DNA from: Candidatus Micrarchaeia archaeon
GTDB taxonomy: Archaea; Micrarchaeota; Micrarchaeia; Micrarchaeales; CABMGC01
Reading direction: 5' to 3'
Length of the DNA stretch: 64,000 bases
Assembly (NCBI GenBank): GCA_049964835.1
Contig: JBMFWW010000001.1
Coordinates: 131,589-195,588 of the forward strand
Part shown: positions 46,074 to 56,729 of the stretch, piece by piece
Layout of the letters: every line of letters begins with the position of its first letter
Numbering within the stretch: the first letter of the stretch is position 1
The notes under the pieces: generated by a model
The model's input: the letters and a program-made list of their open reading frames with translations, nothing else
What the model was told of the DNA's origin: nothing
Databases searched by the model: none
Translations under genes and position numbers: made by a program

Positions 46074-46577
46074 ATGTTTCCGATTAACAATGGCTCTAAA
46101 TATTTATCAAATGATCCTAAACTTTTAATAGGAATGTCTGCTGTAATATTTTTATTTATTATTATTGCCGTTTTTATAACTAATGGCGATTATCAATACG
46201 CAATTGTGCTATTTTTTATATTTATAATATTTTTAATAGCAATCTTATTTATTTCTGTTAAGAAAGGAAATATACAAAAAAATAAAATTGTTAGATCATC
46301 ATTAATACTTGTATTCGCATTCTCATTATTTTTTGGTTTAGTGTTAGTTACTTTAGGTATAATCTCACTTTATCCACCAATTTATTTTGTAGTGTTAGTT
46401 ATTTCGGGTACAAGCTCATCTTATCCACCATCACCTTATCCACCAATTTCTGTTTTAATAGGCATACTTTTAATAATAACGTCTGAAATAATTCGAAGAA
46501 AGGCACACATTACAAAACAAGAAATTTGGGGTGTTCCAAAAGATAATAAGAAAAAGGTAGAAAGTTCCAAACATTAA
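46074..46577 (+). CDS. integral membrane protein
   Basis: 167 aa, four hydrophobic helices, with a repeated YPP(I/S) motif in the loops. Confidence 0.5.
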   Translation: MFPINNGSKYLSNDPKLLIGMSAVIFLFIIIAVFITNGDYQYAIVLFFIFIIFLIAILFISVKKGNIQKNKIVRSSLILVFAFSLFFGLVLVTLGIISLYPPIYFVVLVISGTSSSYPPSPYPPISVLIGILLIITSEIIRRKAHITKQEIWGVPKDNKKKVESSKH

Positions 46578-47035
46578 ATATATAACTGTGGACAAGCTAC
46601 AGATATGTGTAGTAGAATGGCAAGCGAAATAAAGATCAAAGGCCTTGTCCAAAGAAGCATCCTACATTTAGCAGATGCAACAGTTAGGAGCGCTATAACT
46701 GATTTAGGTTATCCTCTTACTGGAATTCCTAGGACAGAAATGCGACAGTTACTAAAAAATGCATTACGTATGTTAAATACTGGAGCAAGCAATATGTAAA
46801 TAACAAATAGAATTGAGTCTGAGTTTCTTGCAAGAAGGGCATACGCTTATAATTGTATCAATAATACTGCTGATTTTTTTATCAAATTTTACATATACTT
46901 TTGTATAGATATCTACATACGAAAATGCTAAATTTATAGTATGTCATTTCTTCAAAAACTCTTAAATAATCAGTTAATAAAAATCTTTATAAAAATTCTA
47001 TTTTTCAATAACAACAAAGAAGCAGAAAAAGAAGA

Positions 47036-47050
47036 AGAAGCAAGCTTGAA
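47036..47050 (-). other. 3' strand of the pre-23S processing stem
   Basis: GAAGCAAGCTTGAA is the reverse complement of TTCAAGCTTGCTTC at 49921-49935, so the pair brackets the whole 23S gene. Confidence 0.6.
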
Positions 47051-47084
47051 TTTTGAAATCTTAAAAGATTTCAAGTTTAGGATT

Positions 47085-49915
47085 TAGTTGCGGTGCGCTC
47101 ACAGATCGCCGAAGCTTTCCGTTTACACGCCCGCTCTATCAAAGTTATGTACTATAACCTCCCTAAGTGTCTCGTTTCGGATATGGCTTCATCCTTAGAT
47201 GCTTTCAGGATTTATCCATTTAGCGCGTGGCTACCCGGCACTGCCATAATGACAACCGGTACACTAGAGGCGCCGTTGTCTCGTTCCTCTCGTACTAAAG
47301 ACGACTTATCCTCTGACACTAACACTCTCAGTAGTTGCTACCGTACTGTCTCGCGACGTACTGAACTCAGCTCATGTATCTTTTTAATGGACGAGCAGTC
47401 CAACCCTTGGCGGCTCCTGCACCGCCAGGATAAGATAAGCCCATATCGGTGTATCAAACGGCGGGGTCGATGTGAACTCTCACCCGCCACGAACCGGTTA
47501 CCTCCAGAGTAACTTTTCTGACAGCATGGTGGCCCATTAAAGGCCATCCAGAGTTCGTTAAGCCCCTGTTTCCAGTCTGCATCTCATGCTTTGCGAGATA
47601 CAGTCAGCCCTGCATTTGCCTTTATGCTTAACGGTGGGTTCCCAACCCACCTAAGCAGAGCATCGGTCACTTTCGTTTTTTTATCAAAAGCAACCGCCCA
47701 GTCTAACTATCCACCTGCAGTTGTCCCGCGCTGCGGTAAGTCATGTAAGAAATGAAGAGTGGTGTTGCATTGTTGCTCCATGTACGCCAAAACATACACT
47801 TCGACGCTCCCACTTACGCTACGCATCATCTCTCACATAACAGCAACAGGCTATAGTCAAGTTTCATGGAGACTTCGCTACCCACTGAGAGAACGTGGCA
47901 TGTACACCACGTAGTGAGTTCACCAGGTCCAAGGTTGGGACAGTGGGACAGACGTTACGCCCTTCATGCAAGTCACCTATTAAGTGACGAGGTATTACGC
48001 TACCTAAAGAGAGTCAGAGTTACTCCCGCTCTTTGCTAGGGCTTAGTCCCGTTGAAATGGGGTTTCGCTGACTAGCGGTGAGCAGGCGTCACCCACTATA
48101 CTAAGCCTTACGGCTGTGCGGTGAGTTGTGTTTTTGATAAACAGTCGCCGTCCCCTTGTTATTGCAATCTGCGTTTACTAAACGCAGACATGGCTTGTCG
48201 AAAACTTACGCCACTATTTTGCCGATTTCCCTAACCTTGGTTCTCCTGACACGCCTTGGCTTTCTTGGCCAGCAGCACCTGTACTGGTTCTAGGTACGAT
48301 CTAATACAATCGTTGCGTACTCCCTTTTCACGGGCTCAGGAATTCAGTCATATAGTTCATTTAGCTGTTTCTCCTCATAATGAGACTCCACAGCCATTTG
48401 CACTTTGTTTCAGACCTATCCCCAAGCGTCAGAAGTACACCTTGTGTTGCCACTCCTATGTATTAGGCATATGAATATTAACATATTTCCCTTTTGCACA
48501 CGAGTAATTAGCTGTGTGCTTAGGATCGGCTAACTCCCAGCTGACGATCATTGCAAGGAAAACCTTGTGCTTCCGGCGTAATGGATTTTCACCATTATAT
48601 GCTATTACTAACACCAGGATTTTCACTGCTATGTGATCCACCTGATCTTATGATCAAGCTTCTAATCCCATAGCACGCCCCCCTACACATCTTTCGATGC
48701 CCAGGTCTCGGTACTTAGTTTAGCCCCGTATATCTTCAGATAACAAAACCTCAATCGGTACGCTATGACGCGTTTTTTAAAGGATGGCTGCTTCTGAGCC
48801 TACCTCCCGACTGTCTAAGATTATGTCGTCTTTAGTTACACTTAACTAAGATTTAGGGACCTTAACCAAGGTCACTGTCGTTCCAGTCTCGTCCGTCTAG
48901 CTTACCCAAACGAACCGACTCCTGAGGTCTACGCAGCACATATATTCGGAGTTTGAGAAGAAGGTGGAACCTTTCGATCCCGAAACTTCTAATCGGTAGC
49001 TCTACCCTATGTGCGAGCTCGCTCAAGGCTATACTAAATATACTTCGGAGGGGACCCGCTATTGCCATGTTCGAGTGGTCTATCGCCCCTACCCGCAGCT
49101 CACCCAGCCAGATATACTAGGATTGGTTGCGGACCTCCATCGGCTGTAAAGCCGACTTCGTCCTGGCCGCGCGTAGATCACAATGGCTTCGGGTCGTAAA
49201 GATGTGACTTAGATATTTTCATATCCTGCGCCTCATTGCTTGCGCGCACTCGCTTTCACTTCGCCTTTCGGCTTGCCACACCCATACACTCCCTGGCTCT
49301 TGCTTCGAGAAGAAAGACAGAACATTGATCCACATACTTTGCTGTATGCTTTCGCATCTTCGCTTCGCATGCCTCATTTCTTTCACGCCCTATCTTCTCG
49401 TAACCACCTAGTTTCAGATCATTTCACTCCCACACGTGTGGGTGCTTTTCAGCTTTCGCTCGCGCTACTTGTTCGCTATCGGTCTCTAGTCAATATTTAG
49501 GGTTGGGGTTTAATGCCCCCGTCTTCACTCGACATACCAAAGCCGAGTTACTCATACACGACACAACTGATTTAATTTCGATTACGAGGCTGTCACTCTC
49601 TATGGCCATTCTTTCCAAAATGTTCACCTCACTAAACCAGTTTAAAAGTCGCACCACATCTCCTTACATTTGCATATAAGGATTCAGTTTGCCCTACGCC
49701 GTTTTCATTCGTATTACTTACGGCATCGCTTTTGCTTTCTTCTCCTGCGGGTACTAAGTTCTTTCAGTTCCCCGCGTATGCATGCACCACTATTCATAGT
49801 GCAATCGGCTATCCCAGGTTCAACGTTCGACATGCAACTACCCTGGGCTTTTCGCAGCTTGCCACGGCCTTTGACGCTACTAGAGCCAAGCCATCCCCTA
49901 GGTGGCTTAAAATTA
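47085..49915 (-). rRNA. rrl: 23S ribosomal RNA (ends approximate, +/-20 nt)
   Basis: The reverse complement contains the sarcin-ricin loop AGTACGAGAGGAAC (plus strand GTTCCTCTCGTACT near 47285), CTGAAAGCATCTAAG near the 3' end, and TAAGCCACCTAGGGGATGGCTTGGC at the 5' end. It is a GC-rich block with only short spurious ORFs. Confidence 0.9.
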
Positions 49916-49920
49916 TAATT

Positions 49921-49935
49921 TTCAAGCTTGCTTCT
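49921..49935 (-). other. 5' strand of the pre-23S processing stem
   Basis: Complementary to 47036-47050 (15 bp perfect, extendable with mismatches). Confidence 0.6.
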
Positions 49936-50248
49936 CCTCAAATCAATTGCCTATTGGCAATCTCACTGGCATTATGGCGCATAAGCTCTAAGTTAGATAC
50001 TTTGTATTTATTCTAGCAAAACTAGCCTTAAAAACACAGTAGCCTATTATGAGCTAATGGTTGCCATAAAAGCACCGGAATATATTTGTAGAAAAAGATT
50101 TATATACATTTAGGCTCAACGAAGGTATTAAATGACAGGGCAGTCCAATTAAATATTACATTTATTTCTTTTGCAAAAGCGCATGTGTAGAAAACAATTA
50201 ATAAATGCAAAAATAAAAATTAAGATGCAAGCAAAATGGTTTGTTAAA

Positions 50249-51463
50249 ATGGAAAAATCTGAAATAGCAAAAAAAGTTTCAGAACATAGATTAGAGATAA
50301 TAAACACCATGCTAAAAATGCTCTCGATAAAATCAATATCTCCTTCAAGTGGAGGAATAGGAGAATCTAATAGAGCTACATATTTGGAAAAACTTCTTAT
50401 CTCCTTTGGTTTAAAGACACAAAGATATGATTATAAGGACAAAACAGGGTGTGTTCGTCCGAATATAATAACTACATTTGGTTTTGAAAAAAACAATCGT
50501 CATATCTGGCTGGTTGCGCATATGGACACTGTAGCTCCAGGAGAGATTAAATTATGGAAAAAAGATCCTTTCGAGCCTTATGTTTCAGATGGAAAGATAT
50601 ATGGTAGAGGGAGCTCTGATAATGGACAGGATCTCATTGCATCTATATATACTATAAAGATACTTTCAGAACTTACTAAAACTCCAAAATATGGAATAGG
50701 CATAGCTCTTGTAGCAGATGAGGAAATGGGCAGTGAGTATGGAATACAAAAATTGATATCTGCCAATTTATTTAAAAAAGATGATCTTGTAATAGTTCCT
50801 GATGCCGGAGATGAAAAGGGACTGTGGATAGAGGTTGCAGAAAAAGGAATGTTATGGTTAAAATTTACAGTTACTGGAAAACAGATACATGCAAGCATAC
50901 CTAATGAAGGAGTAAACGCCTATTTACATTCTATGGAGTTTTTGATAACTCTAAGGCAGGAGCTACAAAAAAAATTCAATTCAAGAAATGAACTATTTTC
51001 ACCTGATTACTCTACCTTTGAAGTTACAAAACACGAAGCAAATGTAGAAAGTATAAACATAATTCCAGGAACCGAGATTTCATACATGGACTGCAGAGTC
51101 CTTCCAGAATACAAAATAGCAGATATACTTTTATTTGTAAAGAAGAGTGCAGAACAATTTTGTATGAGGAATAGCGGAGTAAAAATAAATGTAGAGGCTG
51201 TAAACAAAGAAGAGGCGGCAATACCTACTAATTCAAATTCAGAGATAGTTAAATTGATGTCCTCTGCAGTTGAGTCTTCTTTAGGCATAAAACCAAAAAT
51301 TATCGGTATAGGTGGAGGAACATGTGCTGCGTTTTTTAGAAAAGCAGGTATAGATGCAGTTGCATGGAGTATAGACAATCAGATGGCTCATCAGATAAAC
51401 GAATACTGTTATATTGAGAGCATATTGAAGGATATTGAGGTTTTTATTTCACTATTTGTGTAA
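50249..51463 (+). CDS. M20-family metallopeptidase (ArgE/DapE-like)
   Basis: HMDTVAPGE, W..DPF, GRGSSDNGQ and ADEEMGS motifs. I prefer the ATG at 50249 (MEKSEIAKK) over the listed upstream start at 50171. Confidence 0.8.
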   Translation: MEKSEIAKKVSEHRLEIINTMLKMLSIKSISPSSGGIGESNRATYLEKLLISFGLKTQRYDYKDKTGCVRPNIITTFGFEKNNRHIWLVAHMDTVAPGEIKLWKKDPFEPYVSDGKIYGRGSSDNGQDLIASIYTIKILSELTKTPKYGIGIALVADEEMGSEYGIQKLISANLFKKDDLVIVPDAGDEKGLWIEVAEKGMLWLKFTVTGKQIHASIPNEGVNAYLHSMEFLITLRQELQKKFNSRNELFSPDYSTFEVTKHEANVESINIIPGTEISYMDCRVLPEYKIADILLFVKKSAEQFCMRNSGVKINVEAVNKEEAAIPTNSNSEIVKLMSSAVESSLGIKPKIIGIGGGTCAAFFRKAGIDAVAWSIDNQMAHQINEYCYIESILKDIEVFISLFV

Positions 51464-51483
51464 ATTGTAAATTTCTAGCAATT

Positions 51484-53208
51484 TTATTCTTTCTTTTCTT
51501 TTATAGCAGATGCAAGAGCAGCTATAAAGGCCATTATTATTCCTACAATCAAAACTGTTTTTAGACCGTCTGAAAAAGGTTGAGATATAAGATTAGGGAA
51601 AAATTCATCTCCTACTATTACACTTGAGTTTGCTTTAGGAATGCTACTTAAAACACTAGCAGGTATTAATGTTTTCATAGGGTTATATCCTAGCAATGCG
51701 GCAAAAAGAGCCGATGTCGGTGGAAGTTGTGATATCTGATTTGCAACATTAACCGGAACATTTTGATTTATTAATCCTTTATATAATGCGGCTGGCAATG
51801 CTGTATTTAATCCTATGGCAAGAACGCTAAAAAATATTATTATGCTGAACATAAACGACATGTTCATTAATGTTGCTCTCATTCCAGCACTTGCTCCTCT
51901 ATGTTCTGGAGGTACAGAGCTCATTACATAAGATGTATTTGGTGCTGAAAACATTCCTTGTCCTAAGCCCATAACAAAAGTTATTATTGCAAAGATTACA
52001 AAGTCAAAGTTAACAGGAAGCATAAAAATTGCAAAGAATCCTATTACATTGAGCATCATTCCTGTAGTCGCAAGAAATCTTGGACCATATTCGTCAGATA
52101 ATTTTCCTGCAATTGGACCCATGATTAAAAATCCTAATAATAAAGGAATTAAATCAATGCCAGCTTGCAATGGCGTATTTATAAAATCTATTCCGTGCAA
52201 GGGTAACCATATTCCTTGGAGCCATATTATCAACATAAACTGCAGTCCTCCTCTAGAAATTCCTGCTAAGAACATACTTAAATTTCCAGCTGTGAAGGCG
52301 CGTATCTTAAATAAATCTAAGTGGAACATAGGGTCCTTTACTTTTGTCTCTACAAAGATAAACAGTAACATCAGTACAAATCCTAAAATTATACCTGAAA
52401 TTACAAATGGGTTTGACCATCCCATACTGCTATTGCCATATGGTAAAAGACCATATGTAAGTGATATTAATATAGAAAGTAAAGATGCGGCAAAAAGAGT
52501 ATTGCCTATATAATCTATCTTTTGATTCTTTTTGATAATTGCTATTTCATGCAAGTTCCAATAAGCCCAAAAAGCTCCTAGTATTCCTACTGGTACGCTT
52601 ATTAAAAAGATAAGATGCCAATCTATAGCGGATAAAACTCCTCCCAGTATTAATCCAAGCAGGCTGCCTACGGTTACTGCAACCATATTCAATCCAAGAG
52701 CCGTTCCTCTTTGGTTTTTTGGGAAAGCGTCGGTTATTATCGCGCTTCCATTTGCAAAAAGAAAACCTCCTCCAAATCCTTGAACAAGCCTAAAAATTAT
52801 GAGTAGCATAACTGCAAGAACTCCTGTAAATGAATATGATATTATATATAACATTGTAGATCCTGCGGCGAAGATAGCAAAGCCAAGATTGTAAAGTTTA
52901 ACCCTTCCAAACATATCTGACAGTCTTCCTATAGTCACTACAACAACTGAGGACATTATCATATATCCTAAAAGCAACCATATTAATAATGTTATATTTC
53001 CAGGAGTAAGCGGATTTATTCCAAGTCCGTTAAATATTGCAGGCAGTGATATTATCAATATGGAGCTATCTATTGTTGCCATAAGCACTCCTAGCGTAGT
53101 ATTTGCAAGAGCTATCCACTTGTAGTTTTTTCCGAATCTCTCTTCTTTCTTACGCTCTTCTAAATCATAGTTTGAATATCTTTCTTGGTTATTTTCAAGA
53201 ACCTCCAT
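51484..53208 (-). CDS. MFS transporter, 14-TM DHA2 (EmrB/QacA)-like
   Basis: 574 aa. GRLSDMFGR motif between TM2 and TM3. About 14 hydrophobic segments. Confidence 0.85.
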   Translation of the reverse strand: MEVLENNQERYSNYDLEERKKEERFGKNYKWIALANTTLGVLMATIDSSILIISLPAIFNGLGINPLTPGNITLLIWLLLGYMIMSSVVVVTIGRLSDMFGRVKLYNLGFAIFAAGSTMLYIISYSFTGVLAVMLLIIFRLVQGFGGGFLFANGSAIITDAFPKNQRGTALGLNMVAVTVGSLLGLILGGVLSAIDWHLIFLISVPVGILGAFWAYWNLHEIAIIKKNQKIDYIGNTLFAASLLSILISLTYGLLPYGNSSMGWSNPFVISGIILGFVLMLLFIFVETKVKDPMFHLDLFKIRAFTAGNLSMFLAGISRGGLQFMLIIWLQGIWLPLHGIDFINTPLQAGIDLIPLLLGFLIMGPIAGKLSDEYGPRFLATTGMMLNVIGFFAIFMLPVNFDFVIFAIITFVMGLGQGMFSAPNTSYVMSSVPPEHRGASAGMRATLMNMSFMFSIIIFFSVLAIGLNTALPAALYKGLINQNVPVNVANQISQLPPTSALFAALLGYNPMKTLIPASVLSSIPKANSSVIVGDEFFPNLISQPFSDGLKTVLIVGIIMAFIAALASAIKEKKE

Positions 53209-53552
53209 GGCTACACTAATTTAATTATAAATTATATTTAGTTTAATTTTAAACTATATCTTATTAAAGTTAAAATATAAATATATATTAGTCATTCAAA
53301 ACAAAGTATAAAATATGTTTATATTAAACGTTTAAAGTTTCTAGGTTCTGGAATGAAACATAATCTTTTTTGAATTGTGAGTTTGGAATTATTATCTGTT
53401 TTATAAAAGAAGGCTATATGAAGACCAACTATAATATATATCAAGAATATGTAAGAATATGCATAAGCTTTGGATAAACCTTTCTACATGCATAAGTAAA
53501 GAAAGGATTAAATACTTTACAGCTCTAAATCATATTCACATTTGATATAGTT

Positions 53553-53846
53553 ATGGACTATGATAATAAGAATATAGTTCTCAACGAACTCATAGGTCTG
53601 AAGGTTTTAGTAATAAGCTGCCTCGACAAAAAGCAAAAAGGTATTCGTGGAATCGTAATAGACGAAACAAAAAATACTATAATTATAAAATCAGGAAAGG
53701 ATAAGAAGTCATTGATTAAAAAAAATTCAATGTTTAGATTCTATTACGGAAAACAGCACTTCGATGTCGAAGGCAAAGAAATAAATTTCAGACCCGATGA
53801 ACGAATAGAGAAAGGTCTTAAATACTATAGAAAAAGAAAGGAATGA
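53553..53846 (+). CDS. rnp1: RNase P protein component 1 (Rpp29)
   Basis: LIGLKVLVISCLDKKQKGIRGIVIDETKNTIII matches the Rpp29 Sm-like core. It sits directly upstream of S17, as in other archaea. Confidence 0.8.
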   Translation: MDYDNKNIVLNELIGLKVLVISCLDKKQKGIRGIVIDETKNTIIIKSGKDKKSLIKKNSMFRFYYGKQHFDVEGKEINFRPDERIEKGLKYYRKRKE

Positions 53847-53864
53847 ATATTAAACTGGTGTATA

Positions 53865-54152
53865 ATGTTGGAATGCAATGATATTAAATGTCCTATACAT
53901 GGCAATCTAAGTACTAGAGGCATTAGGCTTTCAGGAAAGGTTGTTAGTGCAAAGGCAAAGAAAACAGCTATAGTAGAAATTGACTATACAAAGTATATTT
54001 ACAAATACGAAAGATATTTAAGAAAAAGATCAAGAATACCTGCATATAATCCTGATTGTATTGCAGCTAAAGAAGGAGATACAGTAAATATAGATGAAAC
54101 TAGGCGTCTTAGTAAGACAAAGTCATTTGTAGTTACTAAAATAATAAATTAA
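53865..54152 (+). CDS. rps17: 30S ribosomal protein S17
   Basis: CPIHGNLSTRG...GKVVSAKAKKTAIV...RRLSKTKSFVV. Confidence 0.9.
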   Translation: MLECNDIKCPIHGNLSTRGIRLSGKVVSAKAKKTAIVEIDYTKYIYKYERYLRKRSRIPAYNPDCIAAKEGDTVNIDETRRLSKTKSFVVTKIIN

Positions 54153-54162
54153 AGTGTTTATA

Positions 54163-54567
54163 ATGAGAGGAGTATCATCAAAAATCATGAAAACCTTAAT
54201 ACCTGGAAGCGTTCTTGCATGCGCAGATAACAGCGGTGCTTATGAATTTAGAATAATACACATAATAGGTAAAGGAGGTGGAGGCAGACACGGAAAGCTT
54301 GCTTCTGCAGGGATAGGAGATATAGTTTCTGCAAGTGTAAGAAAAGGAACACCTACATACTTAAAAAAACCAGTTCGTGTGGTAATAGTGAGGCAAAAAG
54401 CTCCACTAAGGAGATCAAATGGTTTACATATAAGATTTGAAGATAATGCAGGAGTAATGGTAAGTGAAGACAACATGCCAATAGGAACTGAAATAAAAGG
54501 AGCAATAGCGAGAGAGGTCGCAGAGAGATTTACAAATATAAAGGGCGTAGCCTCAAGAATAGTGTGA
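54163..54567 (+). CDS. rpl14: 50S ribosomal protein L14
   Basis: ADNSGA....I......G....A.IGD.V...V..G pattern. ATG at 54163, within the listed ORF. Confidence 0.9.
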   Translation: MRGVSSKIMKTLIPGSVLACADNSGAYEFRIIHIIGKGGGGRHGKLASAGIGDIVSASVRKGTPTYLKKPVRVVIVRQKAPLRRSNGLHIRFEDNAGVMVSEDNMPIGTEIKGAIAREVAERFTNIKGVASRIV

Positions 54568-54571
54568 AATT

Positions 54572-54934
54572 ATGAAGAGCAGTAAACCAAGAAAACAAAG
54601 ATTATACCGGTATACAGCACCTGCACACATACGTCAAGCTTTTGTGCATGTAAGAATTTCAAAGGATCTTTCAAAAAAGCTAGGTATTAAAAAAAGGAGC
54701 ACGCAGATTAAAAAGGGAGATACTGTAAAGATAATGGCCGGTTCAAATAAAGGAAAAACCGGAAAGGTTAATATTGTAAACACAAAAAGAGGCATAATAT
54801 ATCTAGAAAATATAACAAGAAGAAATGCAAAGGGAAAGGAATTGCAAATACCAATCAAAAGTTCCAATGTATACATAACAGATTTGGAATTGAATGATAA
54901 ACTTAGAAAACAAAAACTAGGTTTGAAAGAATAA
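54572..54934 (+). CDS. rpl24: 50S ribosomal protein L24
   Basis: SSKPRKQR N-terminus and the KOW motif IKKGDTVKIMAGSNKGKTGKV. Confidence 0.9.
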   Translation: MKSSKPRKQRLYRYTAPAHIRQAFVHVRISKDLSKKLGIKKRSTQIKKGDTVKIMAGSNKGKTGKVNIVNTKRGIIYLENITRRNAKGKELQIPIKSSNVYITDLELNDKLRKQKLGLKE

Positions 54935-54947
54935 ACATGTGATATAA

Positions 54948-55628
54948 ATGGGAGTAAAGGCAAACAGAAGACATATAAAAAGACTTGCTTCGAGCAAGTA
55001 TATGGGAATAAGCAAGAAAAGCTCTTCTTATGTAGCTAAGCCTCTTCCAGGAAGGCATACAAAAGAGTCTAGCATAGCATTAAAGACTATACTTACTGAG
55101 AAATTAAAGTTACTTTCTTCTTCAAGAGAAGCAGAAAACGTAATAAAAGAAAAGAACATAACGGTAAATCATAAAATAATAACAAAACCTCTTTATCCAG
55201 TGGGCTTTGGAGATATAATACACATAGAAAAATTAAATGAGTCATTTTTAGTTGGCAGAGATAAGAATGGCAAGATAACTCTTGAAAAGCATAAAGAAGG
55301 TAAGCAATTATTCAAAATAACTGGAAAGTACATTGCAAAAGGCAAAAAACAGATGTTAAGACTTCATGATGGTTCAATAATAAATCCTGAAAACATAAAG
55401 GATGCAAATGTAAATGATTCTGTAGATATCAAAGATGGTAAAATATCATCTATAATAAAACTTGAGGAAGGCGGCAAATGTCTTGTAATAAAAGGCACTC
55501 ACGCATCTGAAACAGGAATAATTAGAAAAATAATTAAGGGAACGGAGACAAGATCCTCTTTAGTATCAGTGTCTTCAGGAAAGGAGAACTTCGAGACTAC
55601 ACTCGAAAATATAATGGCAATAAATTGA
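54948..55628 (+). CDS. rps4e: 30S ribosomal protein S4e
   Basis: HIKRLASSKYMGISKK...YVAKP.PGRH pattern, in operon position. Confidence 0.9.
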   Translation: MGVKANRRHIKRLASSKYMGISKKSSSYVAKPLPGRHTKESSIALKTILTEKLKLLSSSREAENVIKEKNITVNHKIITKPLYPVGFGDIIHIEKLNESFLVGRDKNGKITLEKHKEGKQLFKITGKYIAKGKKQMLRLHDGSIINPENIKDANVNDSVDIKDGKISSIIKLEEGGKCLVIKGTHASETGIIRKIIKGTETRSSLVSVSSGKENFETTLENIMAIN

Positions 55629-55636
55629 TGATCTAA

Positions 55637-56155
55637 ATGGCAGATAATCCAATGAAAAATATATATCTTGAAAAGGTAGTAATAAACATAGGTATAGGTC
55701 TTAATGAGAATATGGTTGAGAATGCAAAAGCATTAATCAAAAAATTAACTGATCATAATTCTGGAATAACGGTATCAAAAAGAAGAAATCCTGAATTAAA
55801 GCTTAAAAAAGGTCAACATATAGGTGTTGTCTCTACAATAAGGGGCAAAGAAGCATCAGAGTTTCTAAAAAGAGCTCTCGATGCAAATAACAATTTAGTA
55901 AGTAAAAATGCAATAGCTAACAACTCTCTTAACTTTGGTGTTAAGGAGTACATATACTTTGCAGGAGTAAAGTATGATCCTAAGGTAGGAATACTCGGAA
56001 TGAATGTAAACGCATCATTTGCAAGAAAAGGCGCAAGAGTAGCGAAAAGAAAAAGAAAGACATCAAAGCCAAGTATAAAGCATGGAAAGATAACAAAGGA
56101 AGAGATATTAAAATATTTAAGTGATACTTTAAAATTAAAAATACAGGAATCATGA
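55637..56155 (+). CDS. rpl5: 50S ribosomal protein L5
   Basis: NPMKNIYLEKVVINIGIG pattern, in operon position. Confidence 0.9.
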   Translation: MADNPMKNIYLEKVVINIGIGLNENMVENAKALIKKLTDHNSGITVSKRRNPELKLKKGQHIGVVSTIRGKEASEFLKRALDANNNLVSKNAIANNSLNFGVKEYIYFAGVKYDPKVGILGMNVNASFARKGARVAKRKRKTSKPSIKHGKITKEEILKYLSDTLKLKIQES

Positions 56156-56165
56156 GTATGGTTGA

Positions 56166-56321
56166 ATGAAGATTAATTTCGAACAAAAATTCAAAGGCAA
56201 AGGCGTAAGAAGATGTAGATTCTGCGGAAACGCTAGAGGAATAATTAGAAGTTACAATCTACGTGTATGTAGAAGATGTTTCAGGGAGTCGGGACGAAAG
56301 CTTGGCTTTGAAAAGTATTAG
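56166..56321 (+). CDS. rps14: 30S ribosomal protein S14 (zinc type)
   Basis: My own translation: MKINFEQKFKGKGVRRCRFCGNARGIIRSYNLRVCRRCFRESGRKLGFEKY. CxxC...CxxC, positioned between L5 and S8. Confidence 0.85.
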   Translation: MKINFEQKFKGKGVRRCRFCGNARGIIRSYNLRVCRRCFRESGRKLGFEKY

Positions 56322-56329
56322 TGAGTATT

Positions 56330-56710
56330 ATGGATGTTCTTGCAGACACATTAAATAAAATAAAGGTTTCAGAAAATACAGGTAGTTATGAATGTTTAGT
56401 ACCTTCAACTAAACTTATACGTGCAGTATTGAAAACAATAAAAGACAATAATTATATAGACGATTATGAGATAATTAAAGAAGGAAAATTTGAAATGATA
56501 AAAATAAAGTTATCAAAAAAGATTAATGATATAGGCGTAATAAAGCCTAGGCATGCAGTATCTACAAAGGAGTACCAAATATATGAAAAGAGATACATTC
56601 CAAGCAAAGATTTTGGAATACTAATAATGTCAACACCACAAGGTGTCATGACAAACAAAGACGCAAAGCAAAAAAATACGGGCGGTAGATTATTAGCATA
56701 TTTATATTAA
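56330..56710 (+). CDS. rps8: 30S ribosomal protein S8
   Basis: MDVLADTLNKIK N-terminus and GG.LLAY at the C-terminus. I prefer the ATG at 56330 over the listed GTG at 56321. Confidence 0.9.
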   Translation: MDVLADTLNKIKVSENTGSYECLVPSTKLIRAVLKTIKDNNYIDDYEIIKEGKFEMIKIKLSKKINDIGVIKPRHAVSTKEYQIYEKRYIPSKDFGILIMSTPQGVMTNKDAKQKNTGGRLLAYLY

Positions 56711-56729
56711 GATTAATGATGTTGATTTA

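Noticed and set aside
47093-50016. Listed ORFs inside 47.09-50.02 kb: 47093..47512, 47338..47547, 48256..48474, 48456..48641, 48862..49068, 49240..49500, 49670..49918, 49714..49941, 49732..50016.
   Set aside because: They lie within the 23S rRNA gene, which carries the sarcin-ricin loop and conserved 5' and 3' segments. Their translations are Arg/Ser/Leu/Pro-rich, as expected from reading GC-rich structural RNA.
50171-50248. N-terminal extension of the M20 peptidase from the listed upstream start (MQKRMCRKQLINAKIKIKMQAKWFVK).
   Set aside because: The extension is a Lys-rich read-through of the rRNA promoter spacer. The conserved protein begins at MEKSEIAKK (ATG 50249).
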